Source: Plasmodiophora brassicae (Eukaryota). From it: a stretch of 64,000 bases of DNA. Both the position numbers and the translations under genes were made by a program. The stretch covers positions 186,001-250,000 of the forward strand of contig CP145418.1 of the NCBI GenBank assembly GCA_036867785.1, written 5' to 3'. A model generated the notes under the pieces. The model was not told the origin of the DNA. It saw only the letters and a program-made list of their open reading frames with translations, and searched no databases. Shown here one piece after another: positions 23,628 to 36,251 of the stretch (the stretch's first letter is position 1; every line of letters begins with the position of its first letter).

Positions 23628-25436
23628 TTAAGAATGTGGGATATCAGGTTCCTGGATATCCTCGACCGTCATGGGCGCGTTTGCGAGTAGACCGTTGATG
23701 GCGGATAGCCAATGCTGTGCCACGGTTCGTGCAGGCGGCTTGAACACGTATCGTTTCGATCCAACAACGACCTCGATATTGATGCCACCCAGTAAGCGTG
23801 TACGACACGTGTCGGGACGAATCTCGATATCGCATGCTGGCAAGGCACCGTTCTTGACGTCCTTCAACGACGCAAACGCAACAAGGTGGTCACCGCGCAG
23901 CTCCACCCACCGTTTCGTCGAGCTCGCCGACTCCGCTCCATCGTCTTCGTCATCTTCTTCACCATCGAGGAGCTCCTCCAGTTCCGGGTCGTCGCTCCGG
24001 TCGGTCATGAACCCGCATAACGGTTCTGCGCCAACAGGGACGTATTAGATAGGACGGAATACAACCAGGCGCGCGCGTTATCATACCGAGCTTGTTCCTC
24101 GACGTGAACTCTTCGCTGAAACCCGTCTTCCGCAGCATGGCTTTCGTTTGCAACGCGCTGGCATTGACCTTCTTCAGCTGGCCAGTCACTTGGGTTAGCA
24201 TTCGTAGGGCGACGCCGTTGCCAATCGTCGTAAACAGATCGACCACGTTCCCGTCCTTCGATGACTCGACTTCGGTGAAATCGACCTGCTCAGAACCGTT
24301 GACCAGGTGAACCCGGAAACCTGAACGGAGCAGGAAGACACGCACCTGCTTTCGTTTGAGAGCTCGAGCCAGCCCCGATGCCGTCTTCTTCGCTGCGTCG
24401 ATGTTGACCTCGCGAGGCCTCGCATCATCGACGATGCCGATCAGCATGATGCGGGTTTGCTCTGGAACCCACTTCTCGTTCAGCGAGCGTGGGCCCCAAT
24501 ACGTGCGCATCGACTCCAGGGAACTATCAAGGCAGCGTGCACACTCGGTCAGGCGCCACCACCCGGATGACGTTGTGACAGGCCACCCGACCTGGGATCC
24601 GAGACATTGTAGACGAGGCCCACAATGTCGGGTTTCTTCGAGAGCGTTGCCGGGCACAGTTTCTGATGGAAAGAACGATGACCACTCAGCTCTACGATTT
24701 TCTATGCGGATCAGTGGGTCAGAACGGCGGTTTCAGGATAGGCGTCCAGGACTGGGAGTACGAGATCGATGTCCGACTCCTTCATACGGTACCGACAGAA
24801 GGCGGCACCAATGGTTGGCTGAGGCGCATGGCCAAGAAGAACTGGGTCGCCTCGCAGCCGTGATAGCAATGCCGATTTGCCAACCCCACAATCGCCAGCC
24901 AGCACAATTCGTACAGTGAACCTGCAAGGTCGATGACGTACAAATGCGACTTGCAATTCAACGCGTACGTACTTCGCGACGTAATTCAGCCGCTTGGGTG
25001 AGCTCTTCCGTTCGATCTCGGCAGACTTCGGCGCGTCGACGCCTGCCTGCTGCGTAGATCTCGCCGGCCTCTCCACCGACACGACCAGCTCGTTCTTCGC
25101 GTTATCGGCTCCGCTGCCGCGCCTCTGCGCAGGGCCCAGCGTCTTCGCCTCGGCATTGCTCGACGCACCACGTAGCGACGACCGCTTCCCCTTCTCACTC
25201 GTCGCCCGTGACGCCGTGTTCGACGTCCTCCGCTTCATGCCCAACGCGACATGCGACGGTCGCCAGGCACGCGCTCAGTCCCGCCTCACCGTGGAAGAAA
25301 ACGAATCGCGAACCCCACGAAGCCTGGATGGACGCGCACCAGGCGGTTTGTGTTCCTGTTCATCCCGGAACCGGGAACGGGGACCTTCGCTCCCGGTTGT
25401 GATTGCGCCCGTGCGGGCCTCCGCCTCCTGGGCCAT
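23628..25436 (-). CDS. Small-GTPase-like P-loop domain plus C-terminal PH-like domain, multi-exon
   Basis: IVLAGDCGVGKS P-loop and PTIG switch-I-like motif. C-terminal KRWVELRG...AQHWLSAI matches a PH signature. The start is uncertain. Confidence 0.55.
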
Positions 25437-25464
25437 TTCGGCGGCGCACGCGGCCTTGAAGGGC

Positions 25465-25956
25465 ATGTCGGTACGTATGGGGCGCGGCAGGCGGCACGCC
25501 GCATGGCGCTGATCGGGCGCTGGGCTGTAGGCGAAGCAGCCGAAGCCGGGCGTGTCGTCGGGCGCGAACGCGGCGACGGCGCCGGAGGCGTCGGCCGATG
25601 AGGAGAACTTGACGGTCTTCGTTCAGAACCTGCTTCAGCAAATGGTACGACGCCGTTCGTCACGTGCGGGTTGTGTCGGTTGTGTCGTCTGAGATCACCG
25701 GGGGGACAGCAATCCCGATTCCAGCAGATGTCGGATACGATCGTGTCGCGAAGTCGGTATTGCTGCTTTGGTCGACGGTCGTCCCCCGGGGCTGAATGTG
25801 TTCCGCTCGTTGCCAGTTGACGAGATGGGCGGGCGAATCGACGACCTGGAACGGTCGATCGGCGACCTGATGGCGCAGGCCGGTATTGCCGACGATCGTG
25901 AGCACGCCGCGGCGATCGGCGACGCGCGCCCTGCGACGACGACGCCCAAGAGTTAG
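25465..25956 (+). CDS. HSBP1: Heat shock factor-binding protein 1 (4 exons)
   Basis: Spliced product reads LTVFVQNLLQQM|QSRFQQMSDTIVSR|IDEMGGRIDDLERSIGDLMAQAG, the HSBP1 consensus. Confidence 0.9.
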
Positions 25957-26068
25957 TCCATCGGCAACCGGCGCGCCCGATCCGTCCAGCACGACCCGTT
26001 GACCTCTGATATACGGTCTCTTGTATTCGTCGAACGATAGCAATGTGTACAATGGAGGTTGTCGACGT

Positions 26069-26423
26069 TTATCGGCTTCGGCCGGATTCCTGCCCGCCGA
26101 GGAGGATCATGTCGGCGCGAAGCTCGGCGCTCCTTAGGTCCTGTTCGCGTTTCGACCCGAACCAGATGCACGCCATGGACGCCACCCACGTTGCCACGTA
26201 CAGCAGGCCGGCGATCATGAGGTTCGTCGCCGCGTGCGGCCTGCGCTCCTCGTCCTCGATCTCGACCTGCCCGGCCGACATGCAGTACGCGAGGACGAGC
26301 AGGAACACGGCCGCGAACAGACTGTGTCGCCCCGGCACACGTCAGCGAAACGCGACGCGCGCATCGACCAACGACCGACCTGTACGACCCGCAGAGCCGG
26401 CCGCATCCCGCCAGCGTCGGCAT
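26069..26423 (-). CDS. Small two-TM protein, RNASEK/V-ATPase subunit f-like (2 exons)
   Basis: MPTLAGCGRLCGSYS|LFAAVFLLVLA...NLMIAGLLY; Cys-led first helix and AGLxY second helix. Confidence 0.5.
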
Positions 26424-26527
26424 CACCGCGTCGGCGACGATTTTTGTGGGGCCGCCTTCGCCGCTGACGACGATCGACGAATGCGACGTTAGGCCGCGCC
26501 GCGATGTGATCCGACTCGCGCCCGCCG

Positions 26528-27588
26528 TTATACGACACGCGCAGGCGAACGTGGCGAATGTATTACATAGGATGATGCCAGACGGGCGGCGCTGATCAGG
26601 CTTGCGACTTGTTGTTCGCCGCGATTTGCGCCTGCAGGGTCGGGGTCAGGCAGGTGGTCTGCGTGATGGGGAAACGCGCCGGTTACCATCTTCTTGGACG
26701 CGTTCGGGTTGGCTGCGATGACGTCGACAGCGTTTGGGTTGTGGCCGGACATAGCGACCGCCTTCTTCGCCGCGTTCGGATTCGCAACGACGAAGTCGAC
26801 GGCGGCGCTCGTGACATCAACCGGCGGTATCTGAGACGATTTCAGTGGTGTGCCCAGGTTGTAAACGCGGCGGGTCGAGCTGGACCTTGTGGACCGGCGG
26901 TTTCACAGATGTCAGGTAGGTCCCGACGTTCGGGGACGCGCACAGGATGAAGAAGTTGATCCCCAGGATGATCAGCGTCACGATGCCGGCGGGGATGGAA
27001 TACTTCGCCGGGTTCAGGCTGAACGTCATCGACCCTAGGAACAGGAGGAACAGCGAACGTCCGCCGTAGTTGAACATGAACCCAAAGTTGTTCGCAGCGA
27101 ACAGGTCAAAGTACTTTCTGCAAAACCGTCTGGTGTTAGCCAATGACCGATGTCACTGTTCGAATACAGGACGTGCATGCGCAGTTCGAAGATGAACAGC
27201 GTAATGGCAAACACCCTGGAAACGACGTGAACGACAGAGGTCACGACTCCAGCGAACCCGGCTCGTACGTGGTGTAGAACGCGAACAGATAGTACGTGAC
27301 GTCTATCGTGCCATCGCCGCTAAGGAGGCCGGTGATACCGACCACCGTCAACAGCAACTGTTGGAATAAGACCGCCGCCGCCGATGCGTACACTCGCCGA
27401 GACGTACAGCAACGAGGATACTGGAGATACGAATCACCAGCGCCAGCTTCCGCGGTTCAATCGTGCGGACCCTGCGACAATCCGCCCGTTATTCAAGAGC
27501 GCGGGTAGGTCCCGACGCTCGTTGCTGACCGGTCACTATAGGTCGGCCCAGCCGCTGGTGCCGGCATCGGCGCTGCCTGGTCGCTCAT
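26528..27588 (-). CDS. COPI-associated / Golgi membrane protein TVP15-like, multi-exon
   Basis: NFGFMFNYGGRSLFLLFLGSM motif. The C-terminal exon has a duplicated AVDxxxANPNAxKKxV segment. Confidence 0.7.
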
Positions 27589-28109
27589 CGCGCCGTGACC
27601 GACCCCCCGCGCCTTCAAAACTGATCAAAATTGCGGCCGCAACCTGAATGTGATGCAGAAACATTAGCGTGGCCATTTTCTCTGTCCGCCGACAAGAAGG
27701 AGGAGGAGGAGGCGCCGCGCAGCAGACAGGCGCCCGCAGTGTGAAACGCCGGTCAAAAATTCTCCCGTTGTGAAGGGTCTAAGAGCATCCCCAACCCGTA
27801 GCTATTTCCCTAGCTATAGTCAAATTTTAGCTAGAAAACAGCCCCACCCGGGCTAGCTATCGCTATATTGTTTGACTTGCCTCGCCATTTCGGCACGAAA
27901 TAGCTAGGTGGCAACCACCCTCGAAGCTACAAAAAAAAACGTTGCGCGCGCAAGGTACGGCGCGTTGCGCGCGCAACGTTGCGCAACGTTGCGCAAGTTT
28001 GCGCAAGTTTGCGCAAGGTTGCGCAAGTTTGCGCATGGTTTCATTGGTTTGTCGGCCTACCGTGGTCGCCGGTCGGCGCTCGATGCCATGGCGGACCGAC
28101 GGCAGACTA

Positions 28110-28213
28110 CCAGCAAAACTGGTGCAACTGGTGCAACTGGTAGCAAAACTGGTACAACTGGTAGCAAAACTGGTACAACTGGTACGCGAAACTGGTACAA
28201 CTGGTAGCGAAAC
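28110..28213 (+). repeat. 21-nt tandem repeat (AGCAAAACTGGTACAACTGGT), left arm
   Basis: About 5 units including variants, read directly. Confidence 0.9.
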
Positions 28214-28389
28214 CGGTATTGGGGTCAGACGCAGAGCGTCCGGAAATTCGCTGCGAAGCTCGGCTGGTGTCCGGCGTCGATGTTGGGGGGTCGGCGACGT
28301 GGTCTGGCGTGGTGCTGCGCCGTTGTTCTCGATGACGTCAACGTGGTTGAACCACGGCCCGTACGTACTGAATATCGATTCTTGGTCGC

Positions 28390-30049
28390 CAACGAGCTGA
28401 TCGACAAGTAACGACGGCTGAAGCAGCCGGTCACGACGATCCTCCTGGACAACCAGAAAGCGTACGACACGACCGAGCGCGCCCTCGCCAACGAGAAGTT
28501 GCTGGCGCGCGGCGTCCCCGCTCACGTTAATGTCGCTGTCGTCCAGTCGCAGTTCGACGGATGCACGTTCCAGATGATGCTGGACAGGCAGCTGTCGAGC
28601 GCGATTGACGTGCTGGTCGGCGTCTTCCAGAGAGCCGTGTTGTCCCTGCTCCTGTTCAACATCCACATCGACGACCTGCCGGTCGGGCTGTGCCGCGTCT
28701 TCGGACGCGTTGCACCCTCGCTGTACGGTCAGCCCATCTCTGCGCAGATGTTCGCCGACGACACGTCGCTTTACGCGTTGTCGGACGACGTCGCGCAGCG
28801 GATGCTGGATCACCGCGAGGATTACGACCGGCGGCACCGGTTCGTATTCAATGCTCGAAAGCCACAGGTGACGAAGGACCCGGCGCGCCGCGGCGCGACG
28901 TTCACAACCATGGGAGACGAGATCCCGGACGAGGCCGACCTGGCGTCTTCGACCAAGTTACCAAGTTCCTGGGAATGGTGATACGCGACGTGATTTCGCC
29001 AATGGTGCCCAGCTCACGAACAGGACGGGGAAGGCCAAGTCGCTGCTTCTGGCGAGTGGCGATCGGACGGACCGGCGCCCTTGCAACCAAGCACTTCTCC
29101 CTGGCCCGCAAGCGACTGCTCATCTTCATCTGGGTCCGCGCCCGCGCCGAGTATGGCCTGGCCTTCTCGGATCATTCGTAAGCGTCGCTCGTGGGCATAG
29201 ACTCGTTGATGAAGTCGTCGGTGGCAATGTATCGTGCGCGGCAACGTCCTGATGCTGCGCGCAGCCGGCATCCCACCGGCGGCCGCACGTCGTTCGGCTG
29301 CGCGCGACTCGTCTCTTCAAGATCGAGCAAATCGCGGCGTCCGTTCCGATGGATGCGCTGCCGATCGTCGGCGAGAATGTGCAGTTCCTGCCGTTAACGG
29401 CGAAGCGGGCGCTCGCGGATCGACACAGCAACGTCGTGAAGATGACGCGCCGGTGCCCGGTGCTCGCACGCTGCAACCAGCTGTGGGCGGCCGGCGCGCC
29501 GGCGCAGCGCGTGCGCCAGCAGCTGGTCGACGAGTGCAAGCGCACGGGTCGACGTGTGCCGAGATTGCCGCCGCTGCCGACGGGAGAGCGCCCTGCTACA
29601 GAAGCTGCACCAGCGGACGTGGGACGGCGCAAAGGGGAAGCTGATGGCGCTGCAGGTCCAGCGGTACACCCAGCCGCATCCCGTGGAGCGATGTGCCGGC
29701 GAATTCGAAGCACGCGTACGCTGTCCTCTCCTGGATCTGCAACCGGTACCTGGTCTGCCTGATCCCGTGCCAGGGGTGTGTCGGGTGTTACCCGACGTTT
29801 CAGTTCCACCTGGGGGGTTGCGTCGAGCCCATGCGCTTGCTGCACCCGCTGATCGATTGGCGAATTTGGCTAATGCACCCGGAGCGGGCCGACTACCGCG
29901 ATGCCTTCGACTACCTCGCGCTCCAATTCCAAGAATACGACATTTTACTGAGACATGAACCTGAGGCGGCCGATTCGACGACGGTGCCCTGCATCATGCC
30001 GACCTGGCGAGATCCGACCTTCAGGTTGTCTGACCGACAGCGCCGGTAG
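28390..30049 (+). pseudogene. Degenerate non-LTR retrotransposon (LINE) reverse transcriptase and C-terminal region
   Basis: LLDNQKAYD, GVFQRAVLSLLLFNIHIDDL and MFADD RT motifs, with frameshifts. Confidence 0.85.
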
Positions 30050-31916
30050 ATGCACGTGCTGGGTACGGCGACCCGGGCAACCGTCGCCAAGTGCCTGCAT
30101 GGGGCGCCGTTGTCGATGTCGGCCCAGGCGTCGCATCGCTGGCCGGACCGCACTGCATCGCGTTCGTCGAACCCGGCCTGCAGGACGATCCGGACAACCA
30201 AGCCGCCGCCGTCCCCGTCCCCGCCGCCGAGGCCGTCGTCGAGCACGTCCAGCACGAACCAGACCGCTATGTCGACTTGCTGCTTTAAGCCAGCGCTGCG
30301 GTGCATACGCCCGCTGCGTGGACCGAGCACAGCCGGCGCAGTGCGTACCATCACCTGCTCGGGCGACCGGCGATCGCTGACGATCCGGCGCCGCATAACA
30401 GCAACTCCAGGCGACACCTACCTTTTATTCATTACGATTAAACATAGAATTTCCTTACTTAGGTTGGTGTCCGTTTCGCCGTTCTTCAGCCTCACAGGCT
30501 GTTCGTCAGCAGCTCTGCGCGCGCGCTGAACCGGCGTCTGACCCGACACGCCACACCGACCCAACGCAGCAAGGCACCTACCGCATCCCACACAATGACC
30601 AACTCCGGTTCAGCGAGACGCCACGCGGCTGCTGACGAACAGTCTGTGAAGCTGCAGAATCGCGATAGCGGACACCACCACACTCAAGTAAGCGTCGACC
30701 GCGATATTCGAAGTACTGACGGTGGTTAACAGGCCCCTACGTTGCGCCCCCTCCCGCACACCACGCGAAGCACCCACCTTATTGGAAGCTTTGGCGTTGT
30801 GCACACGTTCGGGAAGATCGGAAAGATGCTTGCTGGGCATCGGCACCTTGCGCATCTCGGCCGACCTGATCGTCGAGACCAGCACCAATATCTAATTAAT
30901 CCGGACACTGGCCCTCCACCTTCTCGTCGTCTTCCAGCTTCTAGCGTCGAGCAGTACCTCATCTTCCTTATCAACGTTATCATCCAACCTGGGCACACCG
31001 TGAGTCGTACGTTCCATGGGACAAGACACCCCGGTACGAACAGTTGCTCGTCGACGACGTTTTCCTTGGGTCATGCTCGCCTATCGCTGTGTCCAGCTCC
31101 TCGTCGTCTCCAACATCGTCGTCGTCGCCCGGCTCTCGGCGGTCGTCGTCGCGTTCATCCGGGTTCCCTTCGTGGAGATTGCCGTCGAACACGTTGTCTA
31201 TCTCCATGACCGCTTCATCACGGTTGACACGATCCCGCTCATTCTACCGACACGGTTCAGTGCACGACGACGGGGACAACGACTACCACAGCGCGTACCT
31301 GATGGGTCCTAATCGTGATCGTCGTCGGGATATCTTGTTGGAGGCCCAATAGTTGTTCTTCGTCCTCGATCTGGTCACTGACCTCGGCGCGGCGCACGCG
31401 GTCAACGTCGTTCGCACGCCCGCGCCTGGCCGCTTACGAACACAGACACTTGTATAAACGAGCCTGACAAAGAGTCACAGCATACGTCGCCACAACGTGG
31501 TTGACGGGGAACTACCCAACGACCTTAGCGGGGATTTGCTGTACACCCCATCCACACATGCCAGGTTGTACTGGTGCAGGTGGCTGCGGGCGCCTATCAG
31601 GAATCGATCGCAGTACCGTCTGCACCAGCAACGCGATAGCGTCCCTCACTCACCGCCGTCGAGTCGCAAACATCGGCACAGACGACCTGCTCTTCCGCAG
31701 CTGACCACACAGACAACATTAGCCATTGTTGGTCCCGTGGTAGTCACGAGGGCGTCCGACGAATGCGATTCGAAGCACGGCGCGGCAGCCGAAACCGCCA
31801 GGGCGGGTACGTACGACGCGCGCCCATTGACAATATGCTAAGTTCTTTATGATGAGGTCTAAGCGTTTGTAGCTTTCCCCAACACGACCGCCCGACCGAA
31901 CATTCGCCCAAGGAGG

Positions 31917-32111
31917 TTTTGCTTCCAGTTGTGCCAGTTTTGCTTCCAGTTGTACCAGTTTTGCTGCCAGTTGTACCAGTTTTGCTACCAGTTGTACCAG
32001 TTTTGCTACCAGTTGTACCAGTTTTGCTACCAGTTGTACCAGTTTCGCGTACCAGTTGTACCAGTTTCGCGTACCAGTTGTACCAGTTTTGCTACCAGTT
32101 GTACCAGTTTT
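31917..32111 (-). repeat. 21-nt tandem repeat, right arm (inverted relative to the left)
   Basis: About 9 units of ACCAGTTGTACCAGTTTTGCT and variants. Confidence 0.9.
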
Positions 32112-32234
32112 GAGGCAACGTTGCGCAAGTATGCGCTTGTTTGCGCTTGTTTGCGCGCGCAACGTCGTGTTTTCGCCGACGCCAACCTAAATTTTTTTTT
32201 TGCAGCTTCAAGGGTGGTAGGGAGCTAGGTAGGC

Positions 32235-32860
32235 AAGCAAATCTCTAGCCACGGAGTTGCGCACATTTTGTCTGACTGGGAGATCGTGGGGACGGCCTCG
32301 TGGTTCCTGTTGATCGAGGGAACCATGGGCGATATGAGGCGAAGAAAGGTCGTAGAGGCTCGGAGCGGGCCGGAAAGGAGGGCGTGTCATTGGCGCGTGC
32401 CTATGTTGACATTTCCCATGATCCTGGTGTCAGAAACGGGCAGAAATCAAACGAACGTATTAGCTACAAGCGTCAGCACACCCGTACGCGATGATTCGCA
32501 TGGCTGCGACAACTTTCTGCAGAGTTATACCTGGAAGCCCGCCGGTGAATGAGTGGTTCTTTTCTGAAACCATGGATCTTGTCCTAGGAACCCGCCCATG
32601 ATCTCGCGAACAAAGGTTTCTACGGAAGCGCCGCCTGAACAGAGATGTTCGTTGTACGTCGCACCTGCAGCAAATTATTCGCGAATGTTTCGTTCCGTAC
32701 CGTATTCAGAGTTTCGTTCAGCATTGGGTCTGCGACAGGGTCTGGACCCACCAGATACGGGTTTCTGCGTCTTCTTGCTCGTGTGGTGTCGACAGACTAG
32801 CTCGAGAAACTGGAGATTCGCCGCAGAAGCCTCTTCGAACGATGCCAGTGCTGTCATTGA
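32235..32860 (-). pseudogene. PIF/Harbinger (Plant_tran-like) transposase N-terminal relic
   Basis: Frameshifted GGSRP..., FRRRFR, DPWFQKR and LQKVVAAMRIIAYG match the FRRRFRM...LQKxTAAxRxLAYG pattern of plant-type PIF transposases. Confidence 0.75.
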
Positions 32861-33106
32861 ACGGAATCGAGGATTACATCCGACGACAAGTGCAATGTGC
32901 ACGAAATGCTGGCACAGTAAAATAACTATGGCTATCACTGGATGGGGATTGGGAAAATAGCTATCGCCAAAATTGCCGCAAAACGGACATTTTAGCTATG
33001 GCTATGGCTAGCCGGGTGGAGATGCTCTAAAACAGCGACATTCCGCTACAGTGTCTGAACGCAGTAACGTCCGCAGCGCGCGTGGATGCGACCGCGTCCT
33101 GTCGCG

Positions 33107-33586
33107 ATGAACGATGAGCGGTACTGGATGGGTAGGGCGGTCGTTTCTGGGGAGGGTCGCTGATGGCGCCGCGCAGGAGTGCGTTGATGGGCCAGAGGAG
33201 CAAGCGGAACCAGGCGGCGCGGTTAGAGCAGGAGAGGCATGCGCAGCATCTCGAGGCGAGGAATGACGAGCTGGCCGGGCAGCTGAACGAGAAGGTCAAT
33301 GCTCTGAAGCACGTCACCGTCATGATGCACGACGAGGCCGTCGAACATAACAGGTTTCTCGAGAACATGGTATGCAGACGGAGGTGTTCGTGTGGGATTA
33401 TGTATTGAAATTGGGTCCTGCGTGCAGCAACTCGACATGAGCAACGCATCGAGCATGATGTCATCCACGATGAAGAAGCTCGGCGAGATGATGGCCACCG
33501 GGTCAAGCCGGCACATGTGCTATCTCGCCCTGTTCATTGTCGTTGTCTTCATTGTCCTCTATCTGACAGTGCGGTCGAGAATGTGA
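33107..33586 (+). CDS. BET1: Bet1-like Qc-SNARE (3 exons)
   Basis: LEARNDE...LNEKVNALKHVT..MHDEAVEHNRFLENM SNARE motif and C-terminal TM HMCYLALFIVVVFIVLY. Confidence 0.8.
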
Positions 33587-33638
33587 CCGAATCCGCTCAA
33601 TAGAAGAACCTATCCTGTAACAGGTCGAACGAGCCTGA

Positions 33639-35664
33639 CTACTTAGGCATACTGGACATGTATTCCTGACGGGAGAAGATCCTCCATGTCGGACGCGGAC
33701 ATGCCTCCGTAGGACCGTATAGCTCAAGAACGCGCTCGTGGAACGCGACCAGAGACGGCCTATGTCCAACGCTTATGAATGCGATGTCTCTTTGTGCGAC
33801 AAGCCACCTGTAGAATCGATCTTGGGCGGCAACATCCAACGCACTGGAACTCTCATCGAGAAGCGCAAACGTAGGGCGTTGAAGGATCAGTCGAGCCATC
33901 GCAAGTCGCTGCTGTTCGCCTAGCGACAAAACCTGTTGCCAGTCACGCTTGGAATCAAGCCCGTCGAAACGATCGATGAGAGACTCTTCAAAAGGGACGT
34001 AAGAAAACAATCCCGGGAACAATGGCCCGATGACGAACCTATGCGAACCACCGCCATAGCAGACCGGATATCTTGGTCAGAAAATTCTGCAGATTTGGCA
34101 TTAGGGTACAGAACTTGTTGACGCAGGGTCCCAAGAATAAGATAAGGACGCTGTGGAAGGAACATCGCCTCTCGCATGGTAATACCCAGCCGGATCGTTC
34201 CGGAGCCACGTCGCCAAAGTCCTGCAAGAACCCGAAGAAGAGAACTCTTGCCAACACCAGAATCTAGGAGCGAATCAAAGGGGGAATGAAACGTGGACGA
34301 AGCAAATACACTGTACCCCCGACAACCAGAAGCGATTGACGCTTGCGAATTGTGAAATTCAACGAGTCAATCAGACACGTCCCAGCACGTGGTACGCAAA
34401 CGGTAACGTCAGCGAGCTGGATGAGTCGATCTCCCGCGTGTGTCTGTTCTTCAACAGCGATGCATTCTCCAGCGTGCTCATCATCCTCATTGATTGCTGT
34501 CCACATTGCACACAGGCGAGTCGTGCGGGCCGCATACGACGAGATATTGTTCAACTCTTCCACAATGGTCCCCATGGACCTATAATAACGAGGGCAAGTC
34601 GGCGAGACGATGGACACGATTTCAACCCCGCATACCGACCTCATCAGTGTCTGAAACGCCAAATTCGCTTGCGACACGACGCCGAAATCCACGCCGCCAG
34701 TGAAATAAATCGGGGCAATCACTATACACGGCAGGACCAGTCTGAACAATGTGGACCATGTTAATAGCGCTGCGACAAGAAAAACGAGGTCTACCCAACG
34801 TACATCACGTATCGAAACGCATTCTGGAACAGCTTCAGGCCACGCTCAAACCCGACGATAACGCAGAGTTGATTATAGACCTTGTCCAAGCGCCCAACGC
34901 ATACGCCATGCTCTGCACGCTCGCCGGCATAGAACGCAATCGACTCTGCGTTTTCGCTGACGTGAACGAGGGAATACCGAAAGTCGGCCTCCAGCTGAAC
35001 CAAACAGTCAGCATATGCGATTCCATCTGAGCACGCGTGGGTAACCTGCCTTGAACCGATGCGAACCCAGCGACGCCAGATGGCGAGCGAACACGCTCAA
35101 CGCGACAAACGTTCCCGACATCGCGTACACGATGAGCGTGGCCGACATCGTCGGGGATATATGATACAGGACGCCGGCAAATCCGACCAGGTTTGCGATC
35201 TTGTTGGCAAACGTAACAGCGAGGCGCACGGAATCAGACGTGAACGAATTTACATCATCGGCGATACGTTGATCCGGGTTGTCAATCTCCTTGCGCGACA
35301 GGCGCAGGCGGTAGAACGCACGGTGGGCAAAGTAACGACGCAATAGCAGGTTCGTCAACCAGAGCCTCCATCGGATCGTCAACGTATCCTGTAGGTATCG
35401 GTACGCGGTGAACAGCGGAATCGCAACAACAAGGACGCCCAGAAAGCTGACGACCGACGACCAGAACCGGTCCCGATCCCGCTCCGACATGGCCGTCATC
35501 ATCTCCTTCGACACGAACGACATGTGCACCTGCAGCAGCGTCGACGCAATCGCCATGCCGACCAGGGCGGCGACCAGCAAGCGTGCAGCCTGGCGGTGCC
35601 GACTTGGCGATATCCAGAACCCTGAGGACAGCTGCCACGCCTGACGCAACGTGTCCCAAGGCAT
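33639..35664 (-). CDS. ABC transporter D-family half transporter (ABCD4/YddA-like), multi-exon
   Basis: DNPDQRI, EADFRYSL...ENAESIAFY, FLPQRPY, LSLGEQQRL, LLDESSSALD and SVGHR. Confidence 0.9.
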
Positions 35665-35891
35665 GACTGAACCGATCAGATCATCAAAAACTGACGTTGC
35701 AAACTGCGGGCGTACCCCTCCTACCTATGTACATAGTATGGACTGCACATGAATCATGAAGCAATAACGCCACGTACGTGGCAAGACAAGATATCGATCG
35801 ACTATGCCCGGCCATTGTGCACACGTCTGATCCATTGGGGCTTTGCATATGTTTAGAAAGACGGTCTACCCCCCCCCCCCCCCCCCCCCCC

Positions 35892-36170
35892 AATTTGTTG
35901 CCGTTCCGTTTCTGGTGAACGCAGACGGCGACTGCTGGGTTGGGCAGGTCATGACTGGCCTGTTGGTCAAGCACGGTGCTCGTCAGAGCGAAATGAACAT
36001 CACCGAAGGTTCGTACCCATCGTGGGAGCGACGTCATCGTTAGGCCTATTTGCCATCTGCAGCTTACTGAAACGAGCATCACTACATAGTCTATGTCACA
36101 AGCGACAGGTCAGTCAGATCTGTCCAACAGTCGCCGCCTGTGTTCAACAGAAACGGAACGGCAACGAATT
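35892..36170. mobile_element. MITE-like element with ~70-bp imperfect inverted termini, abutting a poly-C run
   Basis: AATTTGTTGCCGTTCCGTTTCTGGTGAAC... is mirrored by ...GTTCAACAGAAACGGAACGGCAACGAATT. Confidence 0.6.
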
Positions 36171-36251
36171 CTGCGATTATATCACCACCATTCTAGCAAC
36201 GCCGCTCGCACCCACAACTCGATCCGGGTCTGAAGCGCGTTTGGCAAGATA

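Larger units (their letters stand above)
27910..32222. mobile_element. Nested foldback-like element with ~300-bp modular inverted termini
   Basis: Perfect 8-bp direct repeat AGCTAGGT at 27902-27909 and 32223-32230. Inverted ends ACCACCCTYGAAGCTRC(A)n, followed by TTGCGCAA motifs and 21-nt tandem repeats. Confidence 0.75.
27783..33027 (-). mobile_element. Defective PIF/Harbinger DNA transposon with nested insertions
   Basis: TIRs GAGCATCCCCA (27783) and TGGAGATGCTC (ends 33027); TAA target duplication at 27780-27782 and 33028-33030; subterminal TAGCTA motifs; transposase relic on the minus strand. Confidence 0.85.

Noticed and set aside
27920-32160. 21-nt repeat arrays as CRISPR arrays, or as coding ORFs (AKLVQLV / TGTTGSK repeats)
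   Set aside because: Units are contiguous with no unique spacers, no cas genes are present, and the arrays are inverted arms of a TE. The ORFs arise from stop-free repeats.
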